64,000 nt of DNA from Perkinsela sp. CCAP 1560/9 (lineage: Eukaryota > Protista > Euglenozoa: Kinetoplastea): assembly GCA_965644495.1 (NCBI GenBank), contig CBFFSA010000019.1:62001-126000 (forward strand). The letters run 5' to 3'. The position numbers and the translations under genes were made by a program. Positions 13,412 to 24,332 of this stretch are shown here, piece after piece (position 1 is the stretch's first letter; every line of letters begins with the position of its first letter). The notes beneath the pieces were generated by a model. It was given only the letters and a program-made list of their open reading frames with translations, had not been told where the DNA came from and searched no databases.

Positions 13412-15239
13412 TATTTATTCAATACAGAATCATATTTAGATTTGCAGAGGTAAATTTCTACCTATGCTACGGTCGCATACGACGACCCCGCATAGGCTGT
13501 TTTACTAGCCTAGCCGCCCCCTTTCCAGTCGGGTGATTCCCGGTTTAGCCAAATAACAAAGCTACTACGAATTGCTTCGCGTATGGCTTCAAGTTGGCAT
13601 TCCGTGGACAGCCCTTTGTCACTCCCAAAAAGGCGGGCTACCTGCCGAAGAGGGGAAGCCGGCAATCCTCTTACACCCACCTCCATACACAGCAGATGTG
13701 TGTTCGGGTGGTCCATCCTGCGGCGATGCAATATATTCTGATATTTTTCCGTTTTGCGGCAGTGTGCCTCCGCGATGTTGTCTGTCCAGGGTACGGTCAG
13801 TTCAACGATAAATTCAGTTCCATCGTGAAGCCTGACCAGGCCATCTGGACGCAGAGTGATTTCTAGGTCTGCCCACCAGCTTGGGAGGTTACGGAGGCCC
13901 TCGAGGTCGAATGAGGCCCAGGAGGTGTTGGGGGAGCCGACGATCGCGTTCGCAAGGACGCTCAACACTCTGTCATGTCGATACGTGTAGCGTCCTTGGT
14001 CTAAGGATGTCCTGCAACCTGAGAGCAGGTGCCTTAAGGTTTCGGGTTCTGAGTTGCAGATACGGCAAGACACACTATTTGCACCATTCTTCCCCCATGT
14101 TCTGAGCATGGTCCGGGTAGGAAGTGGGGCATCACATGTGTAGCGAATCTGCTCAGTGAAGTGCTCCTAAGGCCGTTAATGGCAGCTGCAAAATTTTTCG
14201 CCTGATCTTCCTCCGTGTTCGTGTCCCACCACTGTATGGCAACCGTGGTGCGGCGTCGCAGAGCGTTAATCATACGCTCCTCGTTCAGGTCAACGAGAGT
14301 TTTCCTGGGGCGAGATCGGTCGTTCAAGCAGTGCGTTATGTGAGTTGCGGGCCGTATTTGTCCTTTCAAGCGTCTCTCCTCTTCTTCCCGTATTTTGTTC
14401 CGAAGCACAGCTGCGGCAGCCGGATCTTTGGATTTCTTTAACTGGCACATAAGGTCTGCAGTACATTCATGCCACAGTTGCGACAGGCTCCTCAGTCCCC
14501 AGCCGCGCGATGAGTAAATTGCTTCGGGACTAGAGCCACGCGCCACGTTAATCCAACGCCGCAGGAAGTTGGTACAGAGTTTCTGGAGTCGGAGGACAAA
14601 GTTCATAGTGATGCACGGGTGGATCGTAAGCGAGAAGCGCAAGCGGGAGATAATGGCATGCTGATATATCCATAGTCGCGAAGGGAGGTCGTGGGCGCTC
14701 TTATCGATGTTTCTGAGCCATGACTTAATGAAAGGACGTAGCTTCATGAACAGCGCACGGGACTGTTGTGCTCCAGGGGCGATGGTCATGCCCAGAAAGG
14801 TGCTACCTGCATCACAGATTTGGGGAATGGGAATGTGATTGACCAGAATTTGTGAACGGCGTGTCATGTAACCTGGGTGTTCATCGTCCGGTCGCACGGC
14901 CATGCATTGTACCCTACTCTTTTTCACTTTTATAGATAAACCTATTTTGCGGAGGATTGAGGATAGGGCTCCAAATGCGATTTGTGACTCCTTCGGGTTG
15001 GTGGTGAGGACCGTGAGATCGTCAGCGTAGGCCTTTATAAAGCAATTCGCATTTGCCTAGCAGATCGAGTCCGTACGCGGGAAAGTTAAGTGTCATATAA
15101 CGCACTACTTCCATGACGATAAGGAATAGAGACGGGGAGAGGGTGTCGACTTGGAGTACCCCACATTGCATAGGAATTGTAGAGGAGAGACCTTCATAAC
15201 ACTTTATTTGCGTAGACGCTCCGTTATATAAACTACTGA
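13412..15239 (-). mobile_element. HERO-like RLE non-LTR retrotransposon, copy 3 (5' truncated)
   Basis: ORFs identical to copy 2, offset by exactly 2695 bp. Confidence 0.9.
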
Positions 15240-15905
15240 GGTTAGTGGGAAGCAATTTGCGAAGCCCAACAATTCCACCATACCCAACCCGTAATAAAGC
15301 CAAGACCTTGTTTACCCGTCTGCAAGACGAAAACGTCTGACGTTAGTGGGAAGCAATTTGCGAAGCCCAACAATTCCACCATACCCAACCCGTAATAAAG
15401 CCAAGACCTTGTTTACCCGTCTGCACGATAACAACGTCTGACGTTCGTGGGAAGCAATTTGCGAAGCCCAGCAATTCCACCGTACACGTAGTTCACTGAC
15501 GTTCGTGGGAAGCAATTTGCGAAGCATAACAATTTCACCTTACCCAACCCGTAATAAAGCCAAGACCTTGTTTACCCGTCTGCAAGACGAAAACGTCTGA
15601 CGTTAGTGGGAAGCAATTTGCGAAGCATAACAATTCCACCATACCCAACCCGTAATAAAACCAAGACCTTGTTTACCCGTCTCCGAGACGAAAACGTCTG
15701 ACGTTAGTGGGAAGCAATTTGCGAAGCCCAACAATTCCACCATACCCAACCCGTAATTAAGCCAAGACCTTGTTTACCCGTCTGCAAGACGAAAACGTCT
15801 GACTTTGGGCCGTTTTTGATGCCTTACCAGTAAGGGTAGGAGGCGAATCTGACGAAAAAAACGTCATAGAATGGTAGCTGAGGTCCCAAACTATCAAAAT
15901 ACGTA

Positions 15906-16650
15906 CCGTCCCCCCCCAATTTAGTGTTTAGTAGAATTGGGCAAAATCGAATACTAAGTAGGGGAGAGGAAAGATCAATGTAAAAGACGTGAAAAACAGA
16001 TATAAAATGAAAAAATGAACGGAAAAAAAATGGCGCCGCGAAGCGGCGCCGTGTTCGTTGATGCCGAAACTACACTTGAAAACTTTCGAAACGAACCACC
16101 TGATGGTTCGCCTACGGCTACCTTCAATCCTCCACACCCTTAGTTCCACGCTTTTCAAGAGTTCTAACCTTTCGTTTAGTCTTGCAGAGTTTGTTACGCA
16201 GCCTCTTGATAATTGCACCCTTGGCATTGATTTTTTTTAAGGAAAAACTCCCTCGTCACTTGGATCTGAAATTGATTGTGGAACGGGTTCTTCCTTTTCA
16301 GGGGATAAAGAGTCAAGTCTGGTATCGTCATCAGCTCCGCGCGATACATCGGAGTTAAGACCCTTTATTTCCCCTACCGCTTCTAAAAGCTTTGCGTCTA
16401 ACCCAGGCGACAATTGTCCATTTCATTGCGCTTCGGTACTATTTTTTCGGTGTTCTCTGTGGTAATCTGATTATGCCTGAAAAAACATTAACCGAAAACA
16501 AGTCTCGCAGCTCTTTCAAGGTTGGTTTCAAGGTTGGTTTTTCGTGAACGGGGTTGTAAAAAAAATTTGTACGCCACTTTCTACGAAGCTTTGAAATTAA
16601 ACACTAAATAGGGGTGGGCAAGGTACTAAATAGTAAATAGGGGGGGACGG
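15906..16650. mobile_element. MITE with imperfect TIRs
   Basis: TA-ccgtccccccc...tttagtgttta at left; taaacactaaa...gggggggacgg at right. Confidence 0.65.
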
Positions 16651-17028
16651 CAATAGTAATCGCTTTTGGGAAATATTGTTTTTGCTTTTTCTTTGGTCGA
16701 AAATATATAATTTTTAGGTCATCCCTAAAATTTCGGGAAGTTTGACCATGGAAATATTCGCTATGGGAACACGGTTTAGATAGAAACGGAATATCGTCTT
16801 CTCGTAACCAGTCTCACGTGGTGTACTCAGCGACAGATTGTATTCCTCACCTTGAGCGAGACGGATCCTCTTGTGGGAATCATTGACCCACTTTTACATT
16901 ATTTTGTTTCGCAAATAGCGCTTTTGAACCTTTCATCGAAGAGGGGTTTCCTGATCACTTACTCTATTCGCATGAAAAAGAAATCCTAAAAAAGATAACA
17001 TTAGACAACTGCGTCTTCTTTTTATGAA

Positions 17029-17829
17029 ATGGATGACAAATTCGCTACACGTCCTAGTAAGGTTAGCCCTCTTCTCTTGTCTCAGGAGGATATGCTGGAG
17101 CGTCTCATTGTGCATCTGACGGGAAGACATAAAACTTGGATTGGTACTCACAGCAAACTCTTCGGACGTTCCAAGCCTGCATCTGTGTGCAAGTGGAAAG
17201 GTGTGACCTGCGACAGCCATACACGCGTTACGGAAATTATGTGGGAATCAATGAGTCTAGAAGGACGTTTGCAATGGGACAGTCTGCCCAAGTCCGTTAT
17301 AACTTGTTCTTTCAATAATAACAGACTTACGGGTCCCATTCAACTCAATGCTTTGCCCTCGCAGCTTACCCACTTTGATGTATCCTGGAATTCTCATACG
17401 GGTGAGTTGTCTTTTGTTGACTTGCCGCATACGCTAGAGACTCTCTATATGCGTCACAATCAGTTAGAGGGAAATGTAGATTTTACTCAACTGCCTCGGG
17501 GTCTAATCAATTTAGATATCGCACTGAACCATCTTTCAGGGGAGGTTAATCTAGCTTGCTTTCCGAGTTCAATGCAATATATTTATCTGTCGAATAATGA
17601 ATTTACGGGACCTCTGCGGCTAGAATCCTTACCTTCCTCATTGGAATGCATCCACTGCGACAGAAATGATTTTTCTGGATTAACATTTTTTGATGGACTT
17701 CCAAACGGATTGCGTGAACTGCGACTGGAAAAGAATAAAGATCTTCATGGAGAAATCGATACCACTTATCTACCTCAACATCTAGAGCCGACAATTCGTG
17801 AGACGAATATTCGTATAAAATATGATTGA
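17029..17829 (+). CDS. Leucine-rich repeat protein (copy 2)
   Basis: LLLSQEDMLERLI and CKWKGVTC cap, LRR units, and a terminal TNIRIK shared with paralogs. Confidence 0.85.
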   Translation: MDDKFATRPSKVSPLLLSQEDMLERLIVHLTGRHKTWIGTHSKLFGRSKPASVCKWKGVTCDSHTRVTEIMWESMSLEGRLQWDSLPKSVITCSFNNNRLTGPIQLNALPSQLTHFDVSWNSHTGELSFVDLPHTLETLYMRHNQLEGNVDFTQLPRGLINLDIALNHLSGEVNLACFPSSMQYIYLSNNEFTGPLRLESLPSSLECIHCDRNDFSGLTFFDGLPNGLRELRLEKNKDLHGEIDTTYLPQHLEPTIRETNIRIKYD

Positions 17830-18235
17830 ATTATGTTTCAATTTGGTGCTATTGGTTGTATACATGCAGTCTATAGGTTGTATACAGGTCTATAGGTCTA
17901 TACAGTACAGTACGTTGTATACATACTGTAGATTAGATTGATCGCTTTTTTACCTACACAGGGAGGAAATGTTACCCACCAAAACTTGTAAATTTTATGA
18001 ACAAATGAAACGATTTCTGTTCAGTTTTGAAGGCTTTTACAATTTGAAAGCGATGAACTCTTCTTTCCATTGAAACTTGTAACGTTCTCGATCCTACTAC
18101 TAATTCCTACTAACTGGGCGAAGGGTATACGGGGGGAACCCTATTACTAATAGGATTTACCGAGCGGACTACTAGTATCTTTTTACATCTTCCATACAAG
18201 AACTGACTTTTCTTCATTCCCCATATTCCCGTTCC

Positions 18236-21200
18236 ATGTCTCAACGAAACGAATCTCACTTCCCTAGTGCCTCAACCTTAAATCGCACTCACATTCCTTC
18301 CAAAGGATTTCCCTCGACGGGTTCCCATGTAAGGTCCCCATGTCTGCCTTCTCGCTCGCTTCCACCACGCTTTCTGTTGCTTCTTTCTACCTTCTTGTGT
18401 TTGTTACTTTCCTGCGATGCCCTGCACATCTCTCTCTTCGCTTCTCATCACGACCTTTGGAAATCACCCCAAAAATCCTCAACTCCTCTTTCTCCTCCAA
18501 ACGCCGCTTTTCGCCCCCGCTTTCCACTTCCCTCCATCTCGGCTACCCCAGGAAACGCGCGACCAAAAGCAAAATCCGCGCATCATCTCAACTTTCGCCG
18601 AGCCCAGACACTTTTAGCACCGCTTTCGCCGTTACAGCCTTCTTCCTCTTCTTCTTCTTCATCGAATGAAAATTCTTCCTCTCCCTTTTCCACGGCCAAC
18701 ACATCCGATGCGATTTCTTCTTCATCGTCTTCATCATCATCTTCTCTCTCCACTCCACAAACCCTCCAAGACATCGAAGGCACTCTACACAACGAATCCT
18801 CACAAACCTTTCCCTCGATTGCTCCGCTCTCTGAAAACTCGTTTTCTTCTTCTTCTTCTTTCTCCTCTTCACCGCTCTTTCGTTTCCTTCACTCGCTCCA
18901 ACGCTTTCTGTATACTTTATTCGCCTCGATGTGTAGAAATTGTACATTTTCGAGCCGATCGAATCTTCATGATGGTGAGTCTTCTTTTTCTTCGCGCTCT
19001 GCTGGTGCTATGGGGTCTTCGTCATCGTCGTCGTCTTCTTCATCGTCTTCTTCATCGTTTTCATCATCATCTTCATTCGAAAGCGCTGCGGATTCCAATG
19101 CTCTGTCTTCTTTCTCATCGTCTTCTTCGTCTCTTGCTGATTTCGCCTCATCCATCCATGCGCTTTCCCTTCAATGCCACACCCCGGGGACAAAACAAAA
19201 CATAAAGTTAGGTTTTGAAAATACACAAAATGGAAAACAAAATGTAAAGCAAAATGTAAAACAACAAAATGCTTTTCCTATGAAAGAGAGCCAAGCCGCT
19301 GCTGCAGCAGTAGCCGCTCTTTTTCATCATCGTTCTCCCATCCCCCTTGGAGATTACGCTTTCCCTCATCATCCTTCATGGAGAGTGGGAGCGAAGGCGA
19401 GAGCTAACGGGGAATCCAACACACATCAGAGCAATCGTTTGAACCCAAACGGTACAAACGTTTGCGAGTCAAAAGCACTCAAAGCTCAAACTTTGAATCA
19501 AAAGTACAAAATCGCTCTCCAGCATGATTTCTCGTTTCATGTTGAAATGAAAACGGGAGCGAACGGTTTAAGCCTAATTTCACAAAAAGGGGGGGATAGG
19601 GAACGACGGGGTTTGATCCAAAGCGTACTGGTGCGGTATTATGCCACCGTGCTGGATAGTTTTGTGGAGGACACCTGGGGGAGGGAGCAGAGGAGAGCGG
19701 ACAGGGCAGCCGATAGGGAAAAAGCGGAAGGGGAAAGAGATGAAAAAGAGCAAGAAAAGGGCCTTTTTATTCCCACGCTTTTACTTCACCCTTTTGAGAG
19801 TTCTGCTTTACGTCCTCGATTTTATGTAACGGAGCGAAATTATCCAGGAGTGGAGTATCGGCTTTTTTTCGACAGTGGTTTGTTTTCTCTTCGTGAGGAG
19901 ATTCTTCCCGAGGCGTTGGAGCGTTTGGAGAAAGATTTACGACGCCGCATGACAGTGCAGTTCTCGGATGTGAAAATCCAGTCCGCAGAGTCGAATCTCT
20001 CGGCCTCGTTTGCCGCGAGACGATCCGAGGGGGATAAAAATCGGGAAAAGTATTATTGGCTGCAAACGCTGTTGGAAAAAAATAAGATTCAAGTGAAAGA
20101 CACTCCGATTGAGTTTCCCGCAGCACGAGCGTCGTTGGATGACCGGTGCGTGTTGGTGATTCCACAACTTCGAGAAGAGGAGGGCGAGTGTAACAAGAGG
20201 ATAAGAAAGGCAGAAGGCGAAGCGAAAGATCATGATAATCGCTTTTCTACGACACGACGAAGTCTTTTTACGGATCAAGAAGAGCAGTCATCGTCGGAGG
20301 ATGCTGGAACTTCCGAATTTTCTTTTTCAAAATCGAAATTTTCGCCCTCGTTGAGCTCTTCTTCCACGCCGACGACAGCGTCGAGCGCTGAACAAAACCC
20401 AACCGCTGCAAATTTAGCCCACAATCTTCGATTCCCGCACGGCGCGCGTCGTACCCATTTATGGTCCTCTCACCCTCCTGATATTCTCCCTCTCGATGCT
20501 CGTCCGTATTTCGAACTCCCGGAGTCTTTTCGACATTCGTTTCAACGACTCGCGCAGAGTTTGAAGCTTTCAACGACGCAGTTGGATGAGTTGCGATGGG
20601 AAACGTTACAGTGGCTTCAGAAAAGAGTAAGGAAAGAAAATCAAAAAGGGGAAGAAGAAAATGAAAAGGACGGGATCGAGGATAACGAAAACCATGAAAG
20701 TAAGGAAGAGGAAAAGGAGGAGAAAATGCAGGACAGTCCTGGAACGCGCAAATCTGGAATAAATATGAGTAAGGGCTTAAAAAAGAGTAAACCGCCGAAT
20801 GCCTTCGAAAGCCCACCTCCCGAAACCCCTTGCTGGGAGGAAACGCGTGTTTTGGGGTCTCCCTCCGGTTACTGTCCTGCAGAGCCTGTGGGATTATACG
20901 GCGCCGGTCCGGCTTCGTTTTTTCTTCGTGATTTACGACACCGTTATGTGTGGGAAGCGGTGGAGCCAAGCCAACGAAGTTCGGGTCTATGGCACACCAA
21001 AGGGGTCTCCTCGCAAAGTTACTTTTTGAACACAAATGCGGGAGTATCAGAGGGCTTTCAGCCGTGGAAAGGGTTTCACCGCAAAGGGGTATGCACGGTT
21101 CCTCCTTTTTTGTGGAAAACACAACAAGAGGGGGAGGAAAAGAACAAGGTGGGTGAAAAACAGGAGGCGGAGAAACAACAAAGAGAGGGCACTCCGTATT

Positions 21201-22444
21201 CCCGTCCGTATTTGCTCACGCCTCTGGTGCGCCTGTCCTCTCGTTTGTTATCTACTCCGAAATCGAGCGGAGTTGTGGAATCTGGTACCGCTCGAAACGA
21301 ACCTTTCGGAGATGTGTTTCATGACGAGGAGAGTGAAGAGGAAATCGAGGCATTGTCTTCGGAAGAAGACGAAGAGGATGCAGAAAGTGATTACGAAAGT
21401 TCTGCATCAGATTGGGAGGAAGAAAGCGAGGACGCAGTTTTGGCTACACCGGAGAAACCTGCAATGTCGGAGAAATTGTCGATGAAACCCCGGTCTAGCT
21501 TTTTAATCGAACTATGGAGACGTGCATTTTCCTCACCGTATTTCACAGGATCTATTGGTTCTCAAGAATGCACAGAATTTCAGGATTCCGACTCTCATCC
21601 TCACGAAAGTGATGTTCACGAAAAGCATATCCCCCATGGCAGAAAGTTACACACACGCGTGCACGATAAAATCGGATTACATCCAAACCCAATTGGTTTG
21701 GCTGAATTGGGAGACACAACACGCAGTACCGTTTTGAGTGACAATGGAAAGCCACCCAGTTCCACAACCAACACAACAATGTCGTATCTGGACTCCACTT
21801 TAGAGCGAGAGAATCACCGAGACGATACCCAACGAAAATTGAAGAAACGCCGAAACATGAACTCTCGTCGTTTTCCCTTGAGCGCCGCAAGGACGCTTCC
21901 CCAGTCGTTACCTAATGTAATGTACCAACCCAAACCATCTTTGCAAACGACAAAGCCTTCCGAAGAATCTAGTGACCTTTTAGAACTTCAATCAGAGCCT
22001 CATTCTACATTAAAAAGAAAAAGTGACAAGGAGCAGGACGACGCTTCAAACCGAGTGTCGGGTTCTTCCCAGGACCACATATCGGTTTCACAAGCTACAA
22101 AATTGACCTCTACCCAAGATCCATCATCTTCTTCTGTTTCGTCAAAATCTCGAAAACGCCGTAAACGAAAGAAGGATCGGTCCTGGATAAACACGCTGTC
22201 TACGTTTGCGCGCCCCTTTTTCCCCCCGTTCTTTTCAACCCCCAAACGCGCCCCTTCCCTTTCCAAACGCCAATCGTCTCGTTTCTTGTTATCCGCGAAA
22301 CGAAAACCCAATGCGAAGCCACGGAAGCGATCGCCCCGAGAGCTTTGGTTAACACGAATGGAACATATGCAGATTTTATGTCCGTGTAACTCGGCGTCTG
22401 CTTTTTCGGACCGGCAAATGAAAGTTTCGGTCAGAGCGTCGTAG
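18236..22444 (+). CDS. Large Ser-rich hypothetical protein, possibly secreted or membrane-targeted
   Basis: 1402-aa uninterrupted ORF with a hydrophobic stretch FLLLLSTFLCLLLSCDA and poly-Ser and acidic tracts. No domain recognised. Confidence 0.75.
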   Translation: MSQRNESHFPSASTLNRTHIPSKGFPSTGSHVRSPCLPSRSLPPRFLLLLSTFLCLLLSCDALHISLFASHHDLWKSPQKSSTPLSPPNAAFRPRFPLPSISATPGNARPKAKSAHHLNFRRAQTLLAPLSPLQPSSSSSSSSNENSSSPFSTANTSDAISSSSSSSSSSLSTPQTLQDIEGTLHNESSQTFPSIAPLSENSFSSSSSFSSSPLFRFLHSLQRFLYTLFASMCRNCTFSSRSNLHDGESSFSSRSAGAMGSSSSSSSSSSSSSSFSSSSSFESAADSNALSSFSSSSSSLADFASSIHALSLQCHTPGTKQNIKLGFENTQNGKQNVKQNVKQQNAFPMKESQAAAAAVAALFHHRSPIPLGDYAFPHHPSWRVGAKARANGESNTHQSNRLNPNGTNVCESKALKAQTLNQKYKIALQHDFSFHVEMKTGANGLSLISQKGGDRERRGLIQSVLVRYYATVLDSFVEDTWGREQRRADRAADREKAEGERDEKEQEKGLFIPTLLLHPFESSALRPRFYVTERNYPGVEYRLFFDSGLFSLREEILPEALERLEKDLRRRMTVQFSDVKIQSAESNLSASFAARRSEGDKNREKYYWLQTLLEKNKIQVKDTPIEFPAARASLDDRCVLVIPQLREEEGECNKRIRKAEGEAKDHDNRFSTTRRSLFTDQEEQSSSEDAGTSEFSFSKSKFSPSLSSSSTPTTASSAEQNPTAANLAHNLRFPHGARRTHLWSSHPPDILPLDARPYFELPESFRHSFQRLAQSLKLSTTQLDELRWETLQWLQKRVRKENQKGEEENEKDGIEDNENHESKEEEKEEKMQDSPGTRKSGINMSKGLKKSKPPNAFESPPPETPCWEETRVLGSPSGYCPAEPVGLYGAGPASFFLRDLRHRYVWEAVEPSQRSSGLWHTKGVSSQSYFLNTNAGVSEGFQPWKGFHRKGVCTVPPFLWKTQQEGEEKNKVGEKQEAEKQQREGTPYSRPYLLTPLVRLSSRLLSTPKSSGVVESGTARNEPFGDVFHDEESEEEIEALSSEEDEEDAESDYESSASDWEEESEDAVLATPEKPAMSEKLSMKPRSSFLIELWRRAFSSPYFTGSIGSQECTEFQDSDSHPHESDVHEKHIPHGRKLHTRVHDKIGLHPNPIGLAELGDTTRSTVLSDNGKPPSSTTNTTMSYLDSTLERENHRDDTQRKLKKRRNMNSRRFPLSAARTLPQSLPNVMYQPKPSLQTTKPSEESSDLLELQSEPHSTLKRKSDKEQDDASNRVSGSSQDHISVSQATKLTSTQDPSSSSVSSKSRKRRKRKKDRSWINTLSTFARPFFPPFFSTPKRAPSLSKRQSSRFLLSAKRKPNAKPRKRSPRELWLTRMEHMQILCPCNSASAFSDRQMKVSVRAS

Positions 22445-23366
22445 ATCAAGGAAGGGTCGTAGATTTGATGACGTACACATTATGTAGAACAGTAAATGTA
22501 GAACAGTAAAGGTACAGCGCTAAGTACTCAATATAGAAGTAGAATACTTTTTTGGTGTAACATACAGGTGTAATTACAAAACACGAATTCTCATGCGTTA
22601 TACGGGGTGTAGAAACGAGATACTGCCCATTTTTGCACAATTCACTAGAGGGAATTGCAAGAGCTCTCGAATGCGCTATTATATTTATTTTCCTGTTACG
22701 GATCTTAAACACCCTTCAGATTTAGCTGGGAACTTCTGAACTATACAGCTCATGTAACCATGATCTCGGGAGATCTCAGATTGATCCGTACCAGCCGTCC
22801 TTAAATTCATAGAGGCACCGGAGGATGGCATACCCGAATAAGCTTCCTCCACATTTTACTTTAATTTTTGTAGAGAACGAAATCGGTGGTGACATTTCCA
22901 TGTTTTCCCCGATGTTTTTCTAAAAACAAGTGTTGATCAAATTCTTCCCTAATATTTTCAAGTAGCAAGTATTGAGACAACGTTGAGTGCTGATTGTTTT
23001 TCGAATTCGTGAATAATATTCAATGAGTTTTTTATTGTTCAACACAGTAAAAAGCTACACAATAAAAAATTCACACTTCTTTGCTAGCACGGTATCTCTT
23101 AACGCCCGCTTTCATGCTAGATCCTCGCCTTTTTGAGGGTACAATGATCTAAAACATACATGCAGGACATTTTCTATTGAATGTGCGATAAAAATTTTAA
23201 CTTAAAAATGACTTAAGCAATCGATGAAGATGAAGAAAAAATAAAAAGACAAAGAGCAAAAAAAAATATCCATTTTCCCATATTTTTGGCCACTGGAGTA
23301 ACTCCTTATCCTTTATACGTCATCCTTTACACCTAAGAAGCTCAAAAGTGGGGCTGTACATTTCTT

Positions 23367-24290
23367 ATGATTCGTTTTTTGAGTCCGGTGCTTCGATCTC
23401 CCCCTTCCGTACCTCAGCAACTTTTGCATGAGAAAGAGTGGTACAGCTCCGAGAAATGGTGTAAGCTTTGCGCATGCCCAACGTCGGCTATTGGTATACA
23501 TATGGGGGAGAAAGATCACCAGGCTCTGGAGATCTTTGTTGATAAAATTTGGCAAGGCGATCACATGTCTTGGTGGGCGCAGCACGTGTACGCGTCTGTT
23601 GGTTTACTTCGGGCACCGTATGCATCGCTTTACAATGTCTTTGATAAATTTGAAAATCAAAGGTTATTCGTCTTGCACGAAGCCATCAAAACGCTTAAGG
23701 AGAAAAAGATTACTCGTGTAACGAGAACGGTTCGTGATGGAGGTGGAACAACTCTATATCTAGTTGCCTCTCGTATGAGTCACATGACATCTAAGATTTT
23801 AATAGGGCTTCTACCTAATGCCGCATCTCGCGAACTTTCGGCAGCTCTAAATATGATAACTTCGGAGTTTTCTATGGAAACCGTGTACGATATCCTTAGG
23901 TTGGATCTACTGTACGGAGATTTAGGTAATCGGTCTCCCAACATATTGAAAGCCATACTCGGAAATTGTCTTGATATTACTTCGGACTATTCCCGCGGGT
24001 TATGTCATGGAAGAAGAGCTTTGATCACGCCTATGACAAAGGAACTGTGTTACTACGTTCAATGGGGTATCATTTGTGAGGCGATTATTTCTCGTATGCA
24101 AGAGTACATCGCTCGAGGGCAAATAGTGTGGGTGAATGAGCTGAATTGTGAAACGAGAAAAAATCTATTGGCTAATAAAAGTACTCATAGATTGGCACCT
24201 GTACACGAATCTACATCCGACATGCTAAAAAAAAGATTTGAAACCGATTTATGGAAACATGATGATCTGTCTGGAAACGTGATGATGTGA
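23367..24290 (+). CDS. KREPB-family RNA editing complex protein (U1-like zinc finger plus degenerate RNase III domain)
   Basis: Mitochondrial-like N-terminus MIRFLSPVLRS; finger WCKLC...HMGEKDH; RNase III-like segment ILIGLLPNA...METVYDILRLDLL. Exact paralog cannot be determined. Confidence 0.65.
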   Translation: MIRFLSPVLRSPPSVPQQLLHEKEWYSSEKWCKLCACPTSAIGIHMGEKDHQALEIFVDKIWQGDHMSWWAQHVYASVGLLRAPYASLYNVFDKFENQRLFVLHEAIKTLKEKKITRVTRTVRDGGGTTLYLVASRMSHMTSKILIGLLPNAASRELSAALNMITSEFSMETVYDILRLDLLYGDLGNRSPNILKAILGNCLDITSDYSRGLCHGRRALITPMTKELCYYVQWGIICEAIISRMQEYIARGQIVWVNELNCETRKNLLANKSTHRLAPVHESTSDMLKKRFETDLWKHDDLSGNVMM

Positions 24291-24332
24291 CTCATCGCAC
24301 CGTTTTCCTTCTTTGTATTCCAGTTCGAGTAC

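Larger units (their letters stand above)
6011..15803. repeat. ~101-bp satellite array (blocks 6011-8555, 9846-10716, 12541-13411, 15236-15803) interrupted by retrotransposon copies
   Basis: Unit agaccttgtttacccgtctgcaagacgaaaacgtctgacgttagtgggaagcaatttgcgaagcccaacaattccaccatacccaacccgtaataaagcca, with length variants and a ~60-bp short variant. Confidence 0.97.

Noticed and set aside
6011-15803. Satellite as spliced-leader RNA array or hammerhead ribozyme repeat
   Set aside because: No conserved SL exon (…CAGTTTCTGTAC…TTG/GT) on either strand. It has GAAA after a hairpin but no CUGANGA core.
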